Assembly (NCBI GenBank): GCA_951406725.2
Contig: OX597829.1
Coordinates: 53,630,001 to 53,694,000, forward strand
Reading direction: 5' to 3'
DNA length: 64,000 bases
Source of the DNA: Octopus vulgaris
Taxonomy: Eukaryota
The position numbers and the translations under genes were made by a program. Shown here piece after piece: positions 27,127-39,254 of this stretch; the stretch's first letter is position 1, and every line of letters starts with the position of its first letter. The notes under the pieces were generated by a model, which was not told the origin of the DNA, did no database searches, and worked only from the letters and a program-made list of their open reading frames with translations.

Positions 27127-30100
27127 TCATCATCATCATCATCATCATTTAGCGTCCGTTTTCCATGCTAGCATGGGTTGGACGGTTCAACTGGGGTCTG
27201 GGGAGCCCGAAGGCTGCACCAGGCCAGTCAGATCTGGCAGTGTTTCTACAGCTGGATGCCCTTCCTAACGCCAACCACTCCGAGAGTGTAGTGGGTGATT
27301 TTATGTGCCACCGACACAGGTGCCAGACGAGGCTGGCGAACGGCCACGCTCGGATGGTGTTTTTATGTGCCACCGACACAGGTGCCAGACGAGGCTGGCA
27401 GACAGCCACGCTCGGATGGTGTTTTTATGTGCCACCGACACAGGTGCCAGATGAGGCTGGCGGACGGCCACGATCGGATGGTGTTTGTTACGTCCCCAAA
27501 GCACGGAGGCCAGTCTATGCGGTACTGGCTACGGCCACGTTCGGATGATTTTCTTGTGTGCCACCGGCACTGGTACCACAAAGATACAAATTCCATTGAT
27601 GTTCATCTATTTTGATTTGATTTGATTTGATTTGATTTTCACTTGCCTCAACAGGTCTTCACAAGTGTCACAAGAAGGAAGGTATGCACAGGTGGACTGA
27701 CTACGTCCCAGGTAGGGGCCACGGGTTATGGCCTGACTAGTCTTGCCGGGTCTTCGGATGGTGTTTTTATGTGCCACCGACACAGGTGCCAGATGAGGCT
27801 GGCGAACGGCCACGATCGGATGGTGTTTGTTGCGTGCCCACAGCACGGAGGCCAGTCGATGCGGTACTGGCTACGGCCACGTTCGGATGGTTTTCTTGTG
27901 TGCCACCGGCACTGGTACCACAAGATACAAATTCCATTGATGTTCATCTATTTTGATTTGATTTGATTTGATTTTCACTTGCCTCAACAGGTCTTCACAG
28001 GTCTTCACAAGTGTCACAAGAAGGAAGGAAGGTATGCACAGGTGGACTGACTACGTCCCAAGTAGGGGCCATGGGTTATGGCCTGACTAGTCTTGCCGGG
28101 TCTTCGGTTGGTGTTTTTATGTGCCACCGACACAGGTGCCAGATGAGGCTGGCGGACGGCCACGATCGGATGGTGTTTGTTATGTGCCCACATCACAGAG
28201 GCCAGTCGATGCGGTACTGGCTACGGCCACGTTCGGATGGTTTTCTTGTGTGCCACCGGTACTGGTACCACAAAGATACAAATTCCATTGATGTTCATCT
28301 ATTTTGATTTGGTTTGATTTGATTTGATTTGATTTTGATTTTCACTTGCCTCAACAGGTCTTCACAAGTGTCATAAGTAGGAAGGTATGCACAGGTGGAC
28401 TGACTACGTCGCCGGGTCTTCGGATGGTGTTTTTATGTGCCACCGACACAGGTGCCAGATGAGGCTGGCGAACGGCCACGATCGGATGGTTTTCTTGTGT
28501 GCCACCGGTACTGGAACCACAAAGATACAAATTCCATTGATGTTCATCTATTTTGATTTGGTTTGATTTTCACTTGCCTCAACAGGTCTTCACAAGTTTG
28601 GTTTGATTTTCACTTGCCTCAACAGGTCTTCACAAGTGTCACACGTGTCACACACTTGCCTCAACACGTCTCCACAAGTGTCACACACTTGCCTCTGCCT
28701 CAACAGGTCTTCACAAAGTGTCACACACTTGCCTCTGCCTCAACAGGTCTTCACAAGTGTCACACACTTGCCTCAACAGGTCTTCACAAGTGTCATAAGA
28801 GGGAAGGTATGCACAGGTGGACTGACTACGTCGCCGGGTCTTCGGATGGTGTTTTTATGTGCCACCGACACAGGTGCCAGATGAGGCTGGTGAACGGCCA
28901 CGATCAGATGGTGTTTGTTGTGCCCACAGCACGGAGGCCAGTCGATGCGGTACTGGCTACGGCCACGTTCGGATGGTTTTCTTGTGTGCCACCGTCACTG
29001 GTACCACAAAGAATACAATTCCACTGATGTTCATCTATTTTGATTTGTTTTGATTTGATTTTCACTTGCCTCAACAGGTCTTCATAAGTGTCACAAGAAG
29101 GAAGGTATGCACAGGAGGACTGACTACGTCCCAGGTAGGGGCCACGGGTTATGGCCTGACTAGTCTTGCCGGGTCTTCTCACGCACAGCATACTTCCATA
29201 GGTCTCGGTCTCTAGACATTTCCTTAGTGAGACCTAAAGTTCGAAGGTCGTGCTTCACCACCTCGTCCCAGGTTTTCCTGGGTCTACCTCTTCCACAGGT
29301 TCCCTCAACTGCTAGGGTGTAGCACTTTTGCACACAACTATCTTCAGCCTTTCTCGTCACATGACCATACCAGCGCAGCCGTCTCTCTTGCACACCACAA
29401 CTGACGCTTCTTAGGTTCAACTTTTCTCTCAAGGAACTTACACTCTGACGATTATGAACACTGACATTACACATCCATCGGAGCATACTGGCTTCATTTC
29501 TTGCGAGCTTACGCATATCCTCAGCAGTCACGGCCCATGTTTCACTACCATGTAGCATGGCTGTACGTACACATGCATCATACAGTCTGCCTTTTACTCT
29601 GAGCGAGAGGCCTTTTGTCACCAGCAGGGGTAAGAGCTTTCTAAACTTTGCCCAGGCTATTCTTACTCTAGCAGTTACACTTTCAGCACACCCACCCCCG
29701 CTACTGACTTGGTCTCCTAGGTAGCGGAAGCTATCAACTACTTCTAGTTTGTCTCCCTGGAACGTGGCAGAAGTTGGTCTCTGCACATTTCCAGTGTTTA
29801 TTGCTCCTGAGCATTTGCCACAGACAAAAACTATTTTCCTAGTTAGCCTTCCTTTGACATTGCTGCACCTCTTATGTGTCCATAGCTTACACTTGGTGCA
29901 TCTTATAGAGTTTCTACCTACACCTTTTTTACAGATCGAGCAGGGCCATCTACCTGAAGGCGTTTGTGATTGATCTACCTTCCTACTTATTAGGACTTTG
30001 GTTTTGGCTAGGTTGATTCTAAGGCCCTTCGATTCTAATCCTTGTTTCCACACCTGAAACTTCTCCTCCAGTTCTGATAGTGACTCAGCAATTAGAGCAA

Positions 30101-30700
30101 GGTCATCAGCATAGAGGAGCTCCCAGGGGCAACCTGTCTTGAATTCCTCCGTTATTGCCTGGAGGACTATGATAAATAGGAGGGGACTGAGGACTGAACC
30201 TTGGTGGACCCCAACCTCTACCCGGAATTCTTCACTGTACTCGTTGCCAACCCTCACCTTACTAGCAGCGTCTCTGTACATAGCTTGCACAGCTCTCACC
30301 AACCATTCTTCTATCCCTAGTTTCCTCATTGACCACCAGATAAGGGATCGGGGGACCCTGTCAAAGGCTTTCTCCAAGTCAACAAAAGCCAGGTACAAGG
30401 GCTTATCTTTGGCTAGGTATTTCTCCTGCAGCTGTCTTACCAGGAATATAGCATCAGTAGTACTTTTCCCTGGCACGAACCCAAACTGCATATCATCTAA
30501 GCTAACTCTCTCTCTAATTAGTTGGGCTATAACCCTCTCCGTAACCTTCATTACCTGATCCAGCAGCTTGATGCCCCTGTAGTTATTTGTCTCTAGAGCG
30601 TCGCCTTTACCTTTGTAGCAGTTGACTATTATGCTGCTACACCAGTCATTGGGTATGACCCCCTCGTGTATCACCTGGTTAACTATACGGGTGACTAAGC

Positions 30701-30703
<3 letters not shown>
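27127..30703 (-). mobile_element. 5'-truncated young RTE-clade LINE inserted in (TA)n, with tandemly expanded 3'UTR
   Basis: Open RT frame at 30700-29160, 3'UTR at 29159-27127 ending in (GAT)n, and (TA)n on both flanks. Confidence 0.95.
29160..30700 (-). CDS. RTE ORF2 C-terminal portion: reverse transcriptase plus PHD-like finger (no APE domain, no native start)
   Basis: NYRGIKLL, QFGFVPGKSTTDAI, AFVDLEKAFDRV, GVHQGSVLSPLLF, LLYADD, FRYLG, RRLRWYGHV and RGRPRKTW in one uninterrupted frame of ~510 codons. The N-terminus of track ORF 29160-30782 is flanking microsatellite/SINE sequence. Confidence 0.92.
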
Positions 30704-30734
<31 letters not shown>

Positions 30735-30735
<1 letters not shown>

Positions 30736-31135
30736 GCACAGGCATGGCTGTGTGATATGAGTGGTACTTGTTTCCCAACCATGTGGTTCTGGGTTCAGTT
30801 CCACTGCATGGCACCTTTGGTAAGTTTCTTCTATGAGAGCCTTGGGCCGACCAAAGCCTTGTGAGTGGATTTGGTAGACAGAAACTGAAAGAAGCCCATC
30901 ATATACATATATGTGTGTGTGTTTGTGTCTGTGTTTGTTCCCCCACTACCATCACTACCACTATCGCTTGACAACCGATGTCGGTGTCCCTGTAACTTAG
31001 TGGTTCGGCAGAAGAGACCGATAAAATAAGCACCAGCTTCCAAAGAATAAGTCCATGAGCCAATTTCTTCAACTAAAAGGCAGTGCTCCAGCATGGCCAC
31101 TGTCAAATGAGAGAAACAAATAAAAGTATAAAAGA
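30735..31135 (+). mobile_element. CORE-type SINE
   Basis: Homologous to the 8241 family. Confidence 0.8.
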
Positions 31136-32199
31136 ATATATATATATATACATTTGTCTCTCGCTTTCTCTCTCTGTTTCTGTTTCTGTTTTTCTCTCTC
31201 TGTCTCTCTCTATCCCCTTGCTCTTTTAGGTTCTCTCTATACTCTCTCTGTCTGTCTTTGTTTCTGCTTTCTCTCTCCCTCCCTCCCTCTATTTTTTCAG
31301 TCCTTCCTGCCCTTCCCCACTCTTCCAATCTCACTGTCTTATATCCAATATTCCCAACATATGGTAGACTCCAATATAGATTCCCTCATAGTTTATTACA
31401 CCAAAGAAAGCATTGCTTTCAAAAGACTAAAGAACTGGCAGGTTAATGAGTGGAGAATGGTATTCCTCACTTGGAATCTATCTGGAGTGATGGAGGGATA
31501 TAACTGCTGAACAACCTGATTGCAGAGATCCAGAAGAGCCTTGGTTTTCGTAGGACCATGACTCAAACAGAAAGAAAAAAGAAGGAATTTATTAGTTCAT
31601 ATGTCTTGCTGAAGCTGCGCATGGTGTTGCTGGAGAGTATCCTCAAAGAGGAGGAAAGAAAGGAAACGAAAGGACCATTAACAAACCTCCAGCTTCATGG
31701 AATCCAAGAAGACGGTACCTATGAGAGAGGAAGCTGACTAAGCAGACTATGCAACCACTGTGAAGAACCAGCAACCAAAAGAAGGGCTGCTAGGAAAAGG
31801 TGAACTTAAAGGAAAAAGCAACAAACAAGCAAGCATGAAAGCACAAAGACAAAGGAAAGAAGAAATGGTAGAGACAGAGACCCTGGGAAAGAGAAAACCA
31901 AAGCAATCTGGAAGTTCTATATAAACAGGATCTGCTCTAGCATGGAGACACTTGGATAGGTGGCTGGTGATTTGCCCAATTTGTTTATCTTAAGCCCCAT
32001 GTAAACAATTCCCAATGGAATAAACACTTCCATCAGAATCAGCAAGGACACAAGACCAGGTCAGTACACACACTATCTCCATTTTGGAAAAATGCGGATG
32101 TTTCACGTTTCCATAACAATATGTAGATGTAGTGCAAAACACTAGCAGCCAAAAAATCAGTTTTTTTCTTATATATGGCATAAAAGATTGTCACATCAA

Positions 32200-33850
32200 A
32201 CATGGAATCAAAATTATGTGCACTAACATCCAAGAACACTGAAAACAGCGGAAGATCTAGGGTAGATCTGATAGCTCAGCAGAAACCACACATGTTACAA
32301 TTACTGATACCTCATATGTCTCACCTATATTACAGCTGAATGCCAGAGGCCCTGTAAAACATACCAGCTGGTTTACAATCCCATTCCTGAGAGACCTAGT
32401 TATGTATAGTCATGCAATATACATGGTATTGACAAAAACAATCTGATCACTGACATAATGGATGTATTTCAAAGGAGAGAAAGAACTCATGATCGGACCA
32501 TAATGTACATCTGGAAAGATGTCACACCTGTTGTGTTTCTGTCACACTCAAACTCAGTCTGTGACACTCTAGTAGTACACATTAGGCAAATCAAAATGCT
32601 AATCTGTATTCTCCCAATCACCCACCAGACATACCAAATCGCAAGGATTCATTCAAAGATAGCCAGGAAAAAGTGGAAGAGGCATTAACCACCTTGGATT
32701 ATAGCCTTACCATATATGGGAGACTTCAACCTTCTTAATACTGAATGGCCCAAGAACCACCTCCTTTCAGGTATGTCACTGCATGAGCAGAGGTAGGCAG
32801 ACGACTCTCCACTTCATCTTAAAAAGATGCCATTCATGGAGCAAATAGTGCTTTACTCAACAAGGGTATGGGTAAAAATGTCCTAAACCTCTGCCTCACA
32901 ATATAGTGATTGTTCATAATGTTAAGGTGACACCAATGATTTTTTTCAGGCCATAATTCATAAGCACAAATAATTGTCCGAGGCAAACTGTACAAACAGA
33001 AGCCAGACTGTAGCGGCCAATGGAGTTCTATCCAAGAAGACATTAACAGCGAATGGATTGCCTCAGGGAACTTATCTTAGAACCACTATTGTTTGTGCTA
33101 TATAAGCAGCAACTCTTGCTAGCTATGCTGAGATACAAAAGATGCACAATCAGTCAAGAACTTTTTTTTATGCTGATCTTGTACAGAAAAATCTAGATGC
33201 TATGTATAAATGGGCTGCAAAAATCAACATACAATGTAATGCAGGAGAATTCTGAGTCCTTTGATATCAGCCATCTCATGCCAACACCCTGCAACAAAGA
33301 TACTTCAGACCAGAAGGAACCACAATCCCAGAATCAAATGCAGTGTATTAGTTGGGGATTGATATGAGCAGTAATTCTTCATTTTATATCATGAAGGTGG
33401 TAGTAATGGCAAATGGCAAATGGCAAGAAAAATTCTGAGTACTTTCAGATCAACAGACCAGGAAACTATTCTGGTTCAATGGAGGATGTTTACCCTATCT
33501 GGATTGCTGTTCTCAACTATGGTCACCACTGTGTCAATTTAATAGTGTAACTTGAAGTAATTCAATGGTACTACACCAAGAAGATTGCTTTAATGAAACA
33601 ATTGAGCGAGTGGAAGAGGTAGAAAGAATTATGACTCAACTCGTTGGGACAAAGGCAGGAGAAATATGCAGTGATATACATAGGAAAGACCCCAGAGTGG
33701 GTGGCACTAAACGTTAGCACTGAGAAGTATATCAATCACAGACCAGGACGCCCCTATACTGTGCCAAAGATCCCAATCACTCCCTGTAGATGCAGGATCA
33801 GGCACTGCAATGGCTTGGATCTCAAGTGTCCACACTGTCTAATCTCTTGT
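32200..33850 (+). mobile_element. highly decayed CR1-like LINE (APE and RT remnants)
   Basis: Fragmented motifs: GDFNLLNTEW (~32720), PQG..L.PLLF (~33061), SYA(D)DTK (~33121), LDAMYKWAAKINIQCN, DCCSQLWSP (~33502) and EKYAVIYI. Confidence 0.7.
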
Positions 33851-33899
33851 GACATGGACTTGTTAGGGTTGGGTGAAAGATGTTGAGTATCCATTAAGT

Positions 33900-35750
33900 A
33901 TCCAAAACAACAACAACTTCAGAATTTTTTTGAAATATGTGATGTAAGTGGCTTGGTTAGTTGCCTTGGTACATCTGATGCAAATATGAGAAAATTCATT
34001 TTGTGTATAGTTGTGAGTGGGGAACTGACTTAGAGCGTAAGAAGATCCTCTGCTAGTTGTTTTCTTATCGAATCATGTGGCGATATCACTTTCTTCTGCA
34101 AGGTTGAGTACAAAGTAGTCTAGTACGGGGAGAATTCCTAATTCTTCAGTGAATTCAACAGTGAAATCACTGGAAAAAAAAGTGTTTGTTCCAATGAAAT
34201 CAATGTGTTTGTCAATATTATTGAATATATCAAAGACAGGATCAGTTTCAGTGCAGGAGGATTTAAAGACAAATGTGTTTTCACAGTACCCTGTAAAGAA
34301 AGAATAAAAATTGCAGTTGTTGCATATCCAACTTGCCAAAACAACAATGTATGTTATGGCAGAAAGCCTGAAAGACTGGATCCTATATATAGACAAAGAG
34401 TTGTTGAAAGATGCGTTGGTTGAAATTGATGTGTACTTGTGATAATGATGGAAGTTTGATAAATGAGACCATAAGAGTGAAGGTTAGAAGAGATTGTATA
34501 GACTGTTATAAGGTAGACAACTATGAGGACAAGTGCCAAAGGATAGAAAGATATTATGACTATAACCAATGGTGTTTGTGTGTATCCGGATGGAGTCAGT
34601 GAAGTCTCCAAATGACTTCATCTGAGCTGTCTACATGTCAGAAAGTAGGAGAGGTTTAAGGCCATGAGAGAAGAACCAAGAAACTTTGTAAAGAGGTTTG
34701 TTGAGGTTAGAGGCAACAGGTCTTATTTAACTAGTTTTATGTAACTAGATTGTAATATTGTTGATATTCTTTAGAAGAATGGGTTCTGAGGCTGCAAATA
34801 TGAATCCTCAATGTTGTACTCAATCTTGGAATATTTTATTAAGGTGTTCAAATGCTAAACTGTTGTAAGTATCTTGGGTAAGGATTCCTTTCCTTAGTCC
34901 AAGGGAAAATAGATAAGATCTTTAGACCTGATGCTTTTCAGAGCTAGACATTGTGAATGAAAGAGGTTGCTTTTGCAGGATTTTGAAAGTGGATCTTTTT
35001 AATCTCTCAGGTTTGGGACTAAGATAATGTCTGACAGGGGAAGGGAATGAGTTATCAAGGCGGTAAATAGGTAATTTGTTGGGGGTAGCAGCAGTGTCGA
35101 TCATAGTGGTGGCATAGCTGTAGTGGGAGTTGAAGTTAAAAACCCATTTTAATCAGTAGGTTGTACAACAGAAATTTGTCATTGATTCATTGTGTTAGAA
35201 TGAGTTTGGAGTGGGAGAAGCATCCAGTTAGATCTGTTCCAGTTGGTTGCAAGGCGGTGTGGGAAAGTATGTCGTTAAATTCTTGACATCACAGCAGTGT
35301 TTAATATAGATTCAGAGAAATTTCCGTTCAAGCTGTGATTTTTCAAAGATGGTGCGGTTGTGGTAGCGGTGGTCCAATGTAGATACCAGATTGTGCAATT
35401 AGTTATGCATCTGTGGTTGGGTCAAGGTGGAGTATTAGTCCCAAGATTTGAAGTATGTGTCGGGGGAAGTTGGGACTGTTGATGGTGTAGAAGTTTCTTA
35501 GTGCAAAACCTGTATAGGAAATTCTAGTAATCTTTAAAATGGGGCAATCGAAAACATGTGGATAAATGCATGTTGTGGATGGTGTTGGGGAGGATATCAG
35601 TTTTCAAACAGAATTTAAGAAAATTGATTCGGCTCATTTCCCTGAAAGAGTGAATAATTTTTCTTAGTCACAAATTTAGCTTGAAATAAAGAAGCATTAT
35701 AATTTGCTTGAAGCATTGCATGATGTGTAATTGAGATGTTTGAAAATCCT
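33900..35750 (-). mobile_element. decayed Penelope-like RT remnant
   Basis: Minus ORF 34073-34396 reads GYCENTFV...FNNIDKHIDF...FTVEFTEELGILPVLD, like PLE RYVDDTF..I.FT.E..LPFLD. 34922-35104 reads PVRHYLSPK...PLSFTMSS, like PARFYGLPK..PLRPIVS. The outer boundary is uncertain. Confidence 0.6.
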
Positions 35751-35999
35751 TTGGGCATGCAGAGGAAAAGTAAGACAAAATTTGAATGGTGGTGTTAATG
35801 AATGAAAACAAAAAAAAAAAATATTATTTTACCTTAATAAGTTGTTTAATGACCCTATAATATTTTGAGAAAAATTACCCTTCTCAAATAGAATAAAGAA
35901 AATAAAGAGTTTGGAGCAATATATTATTATAGGCTGGCCATTGTCATGTAAGGAAAATTTTTGAGTGAACCAGAATAAATCACATATTTGCTTCTCGTC

Positions 36000-36540
36000 C
36001 ACAGGCATTATACATGGAAACAAGGAAGGAAAACATTGTCATTAAGGAAACTCCTCCTCTCAAGATTTTGAATCATTCCGGTTAAAGATCTGGAATTACA
36101 GGAGAGATTTCAACCATAAGGTATTGTGGCTAAATACAATTAGAAGAGAATACTGCACCAGTATTGATCTGAAAACCTGAAACTTTCAAGTAGCTGAAGG
36201 AAAACTACACAATGGAAAGGCACCAGGAAGAGACCTAATAGTTGGGTACTGGTATAAGAGGTTGACTGTTTACAGAATGCCATTAATATGTATACTCAAA
36301 AGACTATGGAAAGCCAGACTGACATTCGTATAGCACAGATGAATCTTGCAGCCAAAAATAAAATCACTGAGCTAGCAGGAAACTATGAACCCAATGCTTC
36401 CCTAAACATTATGTACAAGCTGTGCACAATCTGTCTCAACCAATTTCTCTAGAATCATAGTGAGTTCAACAACACAGTCACTGATAAGCAGACAGGTGGA
36501 AAGAAGGAAGTCTGGGGATAAACAAAGCCATGTTGTTTGA
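36000..36540 (+). mobile_element. R4/Dong-like LINE RT N-terminal remnant
   Basis: KAPGRDLIVGYWYKRL (~36217-36265), AKNKITELAGNYEPNASLNIMYKL and VTDKQTGGKKEVWG. Confidence 0.6.
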
Positions 36541-36619
36541 AGTAAGAAAATTCTCTTATGTTATTCAATGGTAGCTTGCATTTCATGAAATATTTTCTGC
36601 TTTATTTTCCCCTTACAAT

Positions 36620-37329
36620 ATTATATTTATTACTGGCTGAATTGTTAGCACACCAGGCAAAATGCCTAGCAGTATTTCATCCGTCTTTACGTTCAGAGTT
36701 CAAATTCCACTGAGGTCAATCTTGCCTTTCATCCTTTCGAGGTTGATAAATTAAGTACCTATTTCTTTACTACCCACAAGGGGCTAAACATAGAGGGGAC
36801 AAACAAGGACAGACAAAGGGATTAAGTTGATTACATCGACCCCAGTGTGTAACTCGTACTTAATTTATCGACCCCGAAAGGATGAAAGGCAAAGTCGACC
36901 TCGGCGGAATTTGAACTCAGAACGTAGCGGCAGACAAAATACTACTACGCATTTCACCCGGCGTGCTAACGTTTCTGCCAGCTCGCCGCCTAAATTAAGT
37001 ACCAGTTGCATACAGGGGCTGATCTAATTGACTGGCTTCCTCCCCCAAAATTTTGGGCATTGTGCCTAGGGTAGAAAAGAATATTATATTTATTACTAAG
37101 GCGGCAAACTGGCTGAATTGTTAGCACACCAGGCAAAATGCCTAGCAGTATTTCATCCGGCTTTACGTTCAGAGTTCAAATTCCACTGAGGTCAACCTTG
37201 CCTTTCATCCTTTCGAGGTTGATAAATTAAGTACCAGTTGCATACTGGGGCTGATCTAATTGACTGGCTTCCTGCCCCCAAATTTTGGGCACTGTGCCTA
37301 GGGTAGAAAAGAATATTATATTTATTACT
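36620..37329 (+). mobile_element. two tandem copies of a Meta-domain-like tRNA SINE; the first is interrupted by an inverted copy
   Basis: CTGGCTGAATTGTTAGCAC..GAGTTCAAATTCC..GCCTTTCATCCTTTCGAGGTTGATAAATTAAGTACC occurs at both 36633 and 37109. Confidence 0.82.
36760..36990 (-). mobile_element. Meta-domain-like SINE, younger copy with 13-bp TSD
   Basis: Head GGCGGCGAGCTGGCAGAAACGTTAGCAC on the minus strand. TSD TAAATTAAGTACC at 36747-36759 and 36991-37003. Confidence 0.88.
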
Positions 37330-37659
37330 GTGGACCATTCATGTAGGATGTATAATTGTAAATAACCTGTTTGTCCCAATCTCCTCTTTATGTTTAAATG
37401 CCTTTTTTTTATGTGCATTAATGTTTCCTGCTGTGTCTGAGTTATTTCTGTTTTCTCTCTTAAATTATTTATCATTAAGATAGCTTTTCCTGTTGCCCTA
37501 GTAGCACATTTAGTTCAATCTCTTATTCTATACACATTCCAATGGGCAGTAAATGTTTAAATACACAAAAAGACATTTTCCTGAACACACCTTTCAGAAA
37601 TTAAGGTGCGTCTTCTATTCCCATGTGCCTTATAATGCCATCAGAAACGGTATGTGTGT

Positions 37660-37702
<43 letters not shown>

Positions 37703-38045
37703 CACATATACACATATACATACATAATGTGTATATGTGTATGTATATATGTTTCTGTATATGTATGTATATACACACACACATTACATTTTAGAAACTC
37801 GACTACAGCCACTATGATTGCATGATCTTATCATCTGTGAAATCTGATCAGATCATTCAATTGAAATAGTCATAATGTAACTTATAAAATATAAAGTGTA
37901 AAAACTGAGTATTCTCTTATTATTTAAGTCTCTAGTATTAAGTTATAAAGAAGTCTCCTTCATTCATTGAATCAAAGAGACTCAATGAAAAGAATAGAAG
38001 CATTATGCATGTATGTGTGTATGTGTATATGTATGTGTGTGTATG

Positions 38046-38086
<41 letters not shown>

Positions 38087-38120
38087 ATGTATATATATAT
38101 ATATATATATATTTATAGAA

Positions 38121-38440
38121 ATGCATATAAAAAATTAGAAAAAAAACACCTTTTATAAATTCAAAACGAATAATTAAATTACACCATCTAGAAAATTACA
38201 TATAATAAAATTAAAATAACAATAAAATATCAATGATTAAGTAAATTGCAAAAAAAAAAAAAAACGTATATAATTGGTAGAATAACTAATTATATATGTT
38301 TTTATTATTTTTGCATTTTACTTAATCATTGATATTTTATTGTTATTTTAATTTTATTATATGTAATTTTCTAGATGGTGTAATTTAATTATTCGTTTTA
38401 ATTTATAAAAGGTGTTTTTTTTCTAATTTTTTATATGCAT
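38121..38440. repeat. AT-rich inverted repeat (foldback) with ~135-bp arms
   Basis: 38121-38255 is the near-perfect reverse complement of ~38308-38440. Confidence 0.9.
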
Positions 38441-38579
38441 ATATATTATATTGTGTGAAATTTGATTTAGTATTTCTAAATTGAATTTTTTTCCGTGTAA
38501 GTTTGGATTTATATTCCCTCAAATAATAAATATATATATGCATATATACATATGTATATGTACATACTCACATCTATAG

Positions 38580-38658
<79 letters not shown>

Positions 38659-39157
38659 GTGTATGTATGTATGTATGTATGCATGTATGTATGTACGTAT
38701 GTATGTATATGTGGGCACAAGACATCATGAAATGTGTACAACAAAAAATACGAAGTACATGTACATGGAATATGAACTATTTTTTTCGTACAACGAAAGA
38801 CACAAATGGAAAACAAGATAAACAACATAAAGAACGACCCTTCATCAGTTGTTGGCTATTTTGCTACTCTCATATTTCAAGCATTTAACAACAATATACA
38901 CTTTCGATAAAACAGTTGCTCCCACAAAGCAAATTAAATAAAATTTGGGATTTTGCAGAGGGTCAAAATTAGTAACACAAACAGGACAGTAAAAACAAAG
39001 AGGAAGGGACGCTAAGTCTAAACGAGGTTGTGGTGGTGAACACATAAATCAAGCTAGGACAGGAGACAACAGAGAGAAAGAAAGAAACACAAGTTAGAGG
39101 AAGAAAGATGGCCAAGTGGGAGCCATGTGAGCAAGTGAGGAGGAGAGAGGGAGAGAG

Positions 39158-39252
<95 letters not shown>

Positions 39253-39254
39253 CA

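Noticed and set aside
27290-29160. Repeat-spacer-like pattern and Cys/His/Arg-rich ORFs
   Set aside because: Explained by duplicated RTE 3'UTR modules; the intervening segments are themselves repeated.
30704-30782. N-terminus and start codon of the 540-aa ORF
   Set aside because: It is read-through into (TA)n(GA)n and an adjacent SINE; the LINE is 5'-truncated.
38838-38856. CTGATGA hammerhead half on the minus strand (also a GAAAC..GTA half at 41063-41078)
   Set aside because: I could not find the matching other half of the core, so these were not called as ribozymes.
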